DNA of 32,000 nucleotides from Candidatus Saccharimonadota bacterium (GTDB lineage Bacteria; Patescibacteriota; Gracilibacteria; BD1-5; UBA6164): NCBI GenBank assembly GCA_004563595.2, contig CP042461.1, positions 810,001 to 842,000 of the forward strand, read 5' to 3'. Shown piece by piece: positions 30,421 to 32,000 of this stretch (position 1 is its first letter; each line of letters starts with the position of its first letter). The notes under the pieces were generated by a model. It saw only the letters and a program-made list of their open reading frames with translations, ran no database searches and was not told where the DNA came from. The position numbers and the translations under genes were made by a program.

Positions 30421-30428
30421 TCAAGAAA

Positions 30429-30456
30429 AGTATACTAAAAAAACAAAGAAAGTAAA
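30429..30456 (-). promoter_or_regulatory. Candidate ssrA promoter
   Basis: On the minus strand: TTTACT (30456-30451), a 16-nt spacer, TATACT (30434-30429), then 8 nt to the GGGG 5' end. Confidence 0.4.
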
Positions 30457-30528
30457 TAAAAATGTATTATGAATAAAATATTTTAGAATACAATATATGA
30501 TATATTCAAGTCATAATTTCGTATAAAA

Positions 30529-30556
30529 TTGCAAAAAAAACATATATTTGTATACT
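30529..30556 (+). promoter_or_regulatory. Candidate promoter for the HD-hydrolase/methyltransferase genes
   Basis: TTGCAA (30529-30534), a 16-nt spacer, TATACT (30551-30556). Confidence 0.4.
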
Positions 30557-30650
30557 AAAGAATACAAATTATTTAGTTTTTTTTCTAACAAATGTCGCTA
30601 ACTACTCAGAAGAATGATTAATCCTCCTTTAGTATTATTAATTCTGATTT

Positions 30651-31535
30651 ATGTATTGAAATTTAAGTACATCTTTTAATGAAATATTATCATCTTTAAA
30701 TGAAAAAGATAGATGACTTTTGAAAGATGTGTATGATTTTTCATATAATGCACACTTCTGACAAAAAAGAAAGTCATGAGAAGACTATTTCATTCACCCA
30801 CTTGCTGTTGGAATAAACCTCTGGAATAAGTTTTGAGATATAAATTTATTTTGTGCTTGATTATTACATGATGCAGTAGAGGACAATGATAATATTCATC
30901 CAGTAAATATATATACAAACTTTTGAGAAGATATTGGATTTCTTGTTGATAGTGTGACTAAAAATGAACCGAGTTTCTATAATTGAACAAAAGTATTTGA
31001 AAAAAAAATTGATAAATTAATCGACTGAGGATGTGAGGATATAAGATGTTTTTTATTGAAATTAGCAGATAGAGAAGATAATCTAAAAACTCTTAGCAAT
31101 TTAAAAAACAATAAACAAGTAAGGATGGCATTTGAAACTCAAGCTATCTTTACTCCTCTTGAAGAACTCATTTGATATAAGGAGATTAAGAGCGTAAAAG
31201 AATGAGACAGAAAATTCCAAGAAATCCTGAAGAAAAATAATATAGAAGACTCTTGTCAGCTTAAAGATTACCTGATCAAAAGTACCTTTCATGATTTTAC
31301 AAATAGCTGTTTTGATACAGTTTACCAAAATTCTTGAAATGTAACTTGGAAAATTAAAAATAAAGAAACTTTTGAAGATTTATTAAAAATTCCAAACATA
31401 GATGATAAAATAGATATTGAATCTATTGAACATAAAGAAAATTGAGAATTCCTGGTAAACTTCAAATTTAAAAAGTGAGAAATTATGAATTATAACGTAA
31501 AGCTCGGTATTTGAGACACTTATTCCTTTGATTAA
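30651..31535 (+). CDS. Stand-alone HD-domain (p)ppGpp-hydrolase-like protein (RelA/SpoT N-terminal hydrolase family), 294 aa
   Basis: This is the first ATG after the in-frame stops at 30630 and 30639. Recognisable motifs are ...AHFGQKRKSGEDYFIHPLAVG...CAGLLHDAVEDN...FLVDSVTK...CFLLKLADREDNLKTL. The Gly residues in FGQ, KSGED and AGLLHD are TGA codons. The gene ends at TAA 31533-31535. The opposite-strand track ORF 31101..31328 is spurious. Confidence 0.85.
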
Positions 31536-31540
31536 AAAAA

Positions 31541-32000
31541 ATGGACCAAATTTACAATTTAGATTCTGACTCTTCTTTATTAGATCAGCTATCTATTTGA
31601 ATTAGAAATAGAGATATTGAACAAAAATTTATATATCAATGAGATTGAGCAAAGTTGTATTATCAACAAAAAAATAGTAATCAACTTTATACTAATTGCA
31701 CATTAGAAAAAAAAGATTTTTTAACCTTCTTAAATAATGAAGTTATTTTAAGTTGAAAAAAAGTAGCAATAATAAGCCTATGATGTTGAAACTCATGAAC
31801 AGAAAAATTTATATTTGAAAACATTGATACTACAAATATAGACTATTTTTGAGTTGATTCATCCATTGATATGTTAAAATTAAGTATAGAAAATGTTAAA
31901 GAATTAAAAATGAATAAAAACTTCATTTGTGCTGACTTCTCTACTAAACATTTTAGACTAGAATTAGAACACTCCTCAAAATGATATGATGATAGAATAT
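31541..32000 (+). CDS. SAM-dependent methyltransferase, EgtD/Methyltransf_33-like; the 3' end is outside the window
   Basis: The ATG at 31541 is 5 nt after the upstream stop. Recognisable segments are ...KFIYQGDGAKLYYQQ...TLEKKDFL...VAIISLGCGNSGTEKF...YFGVDSSIDMLKLS..., resembling the histidine N-alpha-methyltransferase fold family. The frame is open to the window end. Confidence 0.55.

Noticed and set aside
30623-30629. A perfect AAGGAGG on the minus strand between ssrA and the HD gene
   Set aside because: No ATG, GTG or TTG-initiated ORF follows it; att aat cat tct tct gag tag terminates after 6 codons. Other genes here lack SD motifs, so this is probably a chance occurrence.
1-32000. The alternative that TGA encodes Trp (table 4, Mollicutes-like), given the AT-rich sequence
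   Set aside because: TGA sits at invariant Gly positions of P-loops (GxxGxGKT), LSGGE signatures, DPTCGSGS and AGLLHD. Conserved Trp positions use TGG.

Overview
This AT-rich 32-kb window comes from a bacterium that decodes UGA as glycine (translation table 25, as in the candidate phyla Gracilibacteria and Absconditabacteria). The supplied standard-code ORF track is therefore heavily fragmented and partly in wrong frames. I retranslated by hand using only TAA and TAG as stops, which gives about 27 tightly packed intact genes. For the large genes I scanned every in-frame triplet. Left to right, the genes are: a DoxX-like membrane protein; a SulP/STAS anion permease; a 1431-aa secreted LVIVD-repeat/LamG/cadherin-like surface protein; a cold-shock protein; an ABC-F ATPase; a small protein ending in the SSB tail motif DIPF; two paralogous type IV pilin-like proteins carrying different C-terminal beta-propellers, which flank an msrA-msrB operon; a DUF2461 protein; an OPRTase-like gene; a quinone oxidoreductase; SelO; a frameshifted DUF1801 gene; an 8-kb island inserted at the 3' end of the tmRNA gene; ssrA itself; a SpoT-like HD hydrolase; and a partial EgtD-like methyltransferase. 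The island is bounded by copies of the last 16 nt of ssrA. It carries a type I R-M operon (hsdM, hsdS, hsdR) interrupted by two non-R-M genes: an antitoxin-less MazF/PemK-like protein and a pentapeptide-repeat protein fused to a multi-pass membrane domain. It also carries two candidate antisense small RNAs, one of which has a perfect TTGACA-N17-TATAAT promoter. I regard this composite operon as the best candidate for an undescribed defence module. I found no rRNA, tRNA, CRISPR array, integrase or transposase. All functional calls rest on motif recognition by eye, not on database searches.
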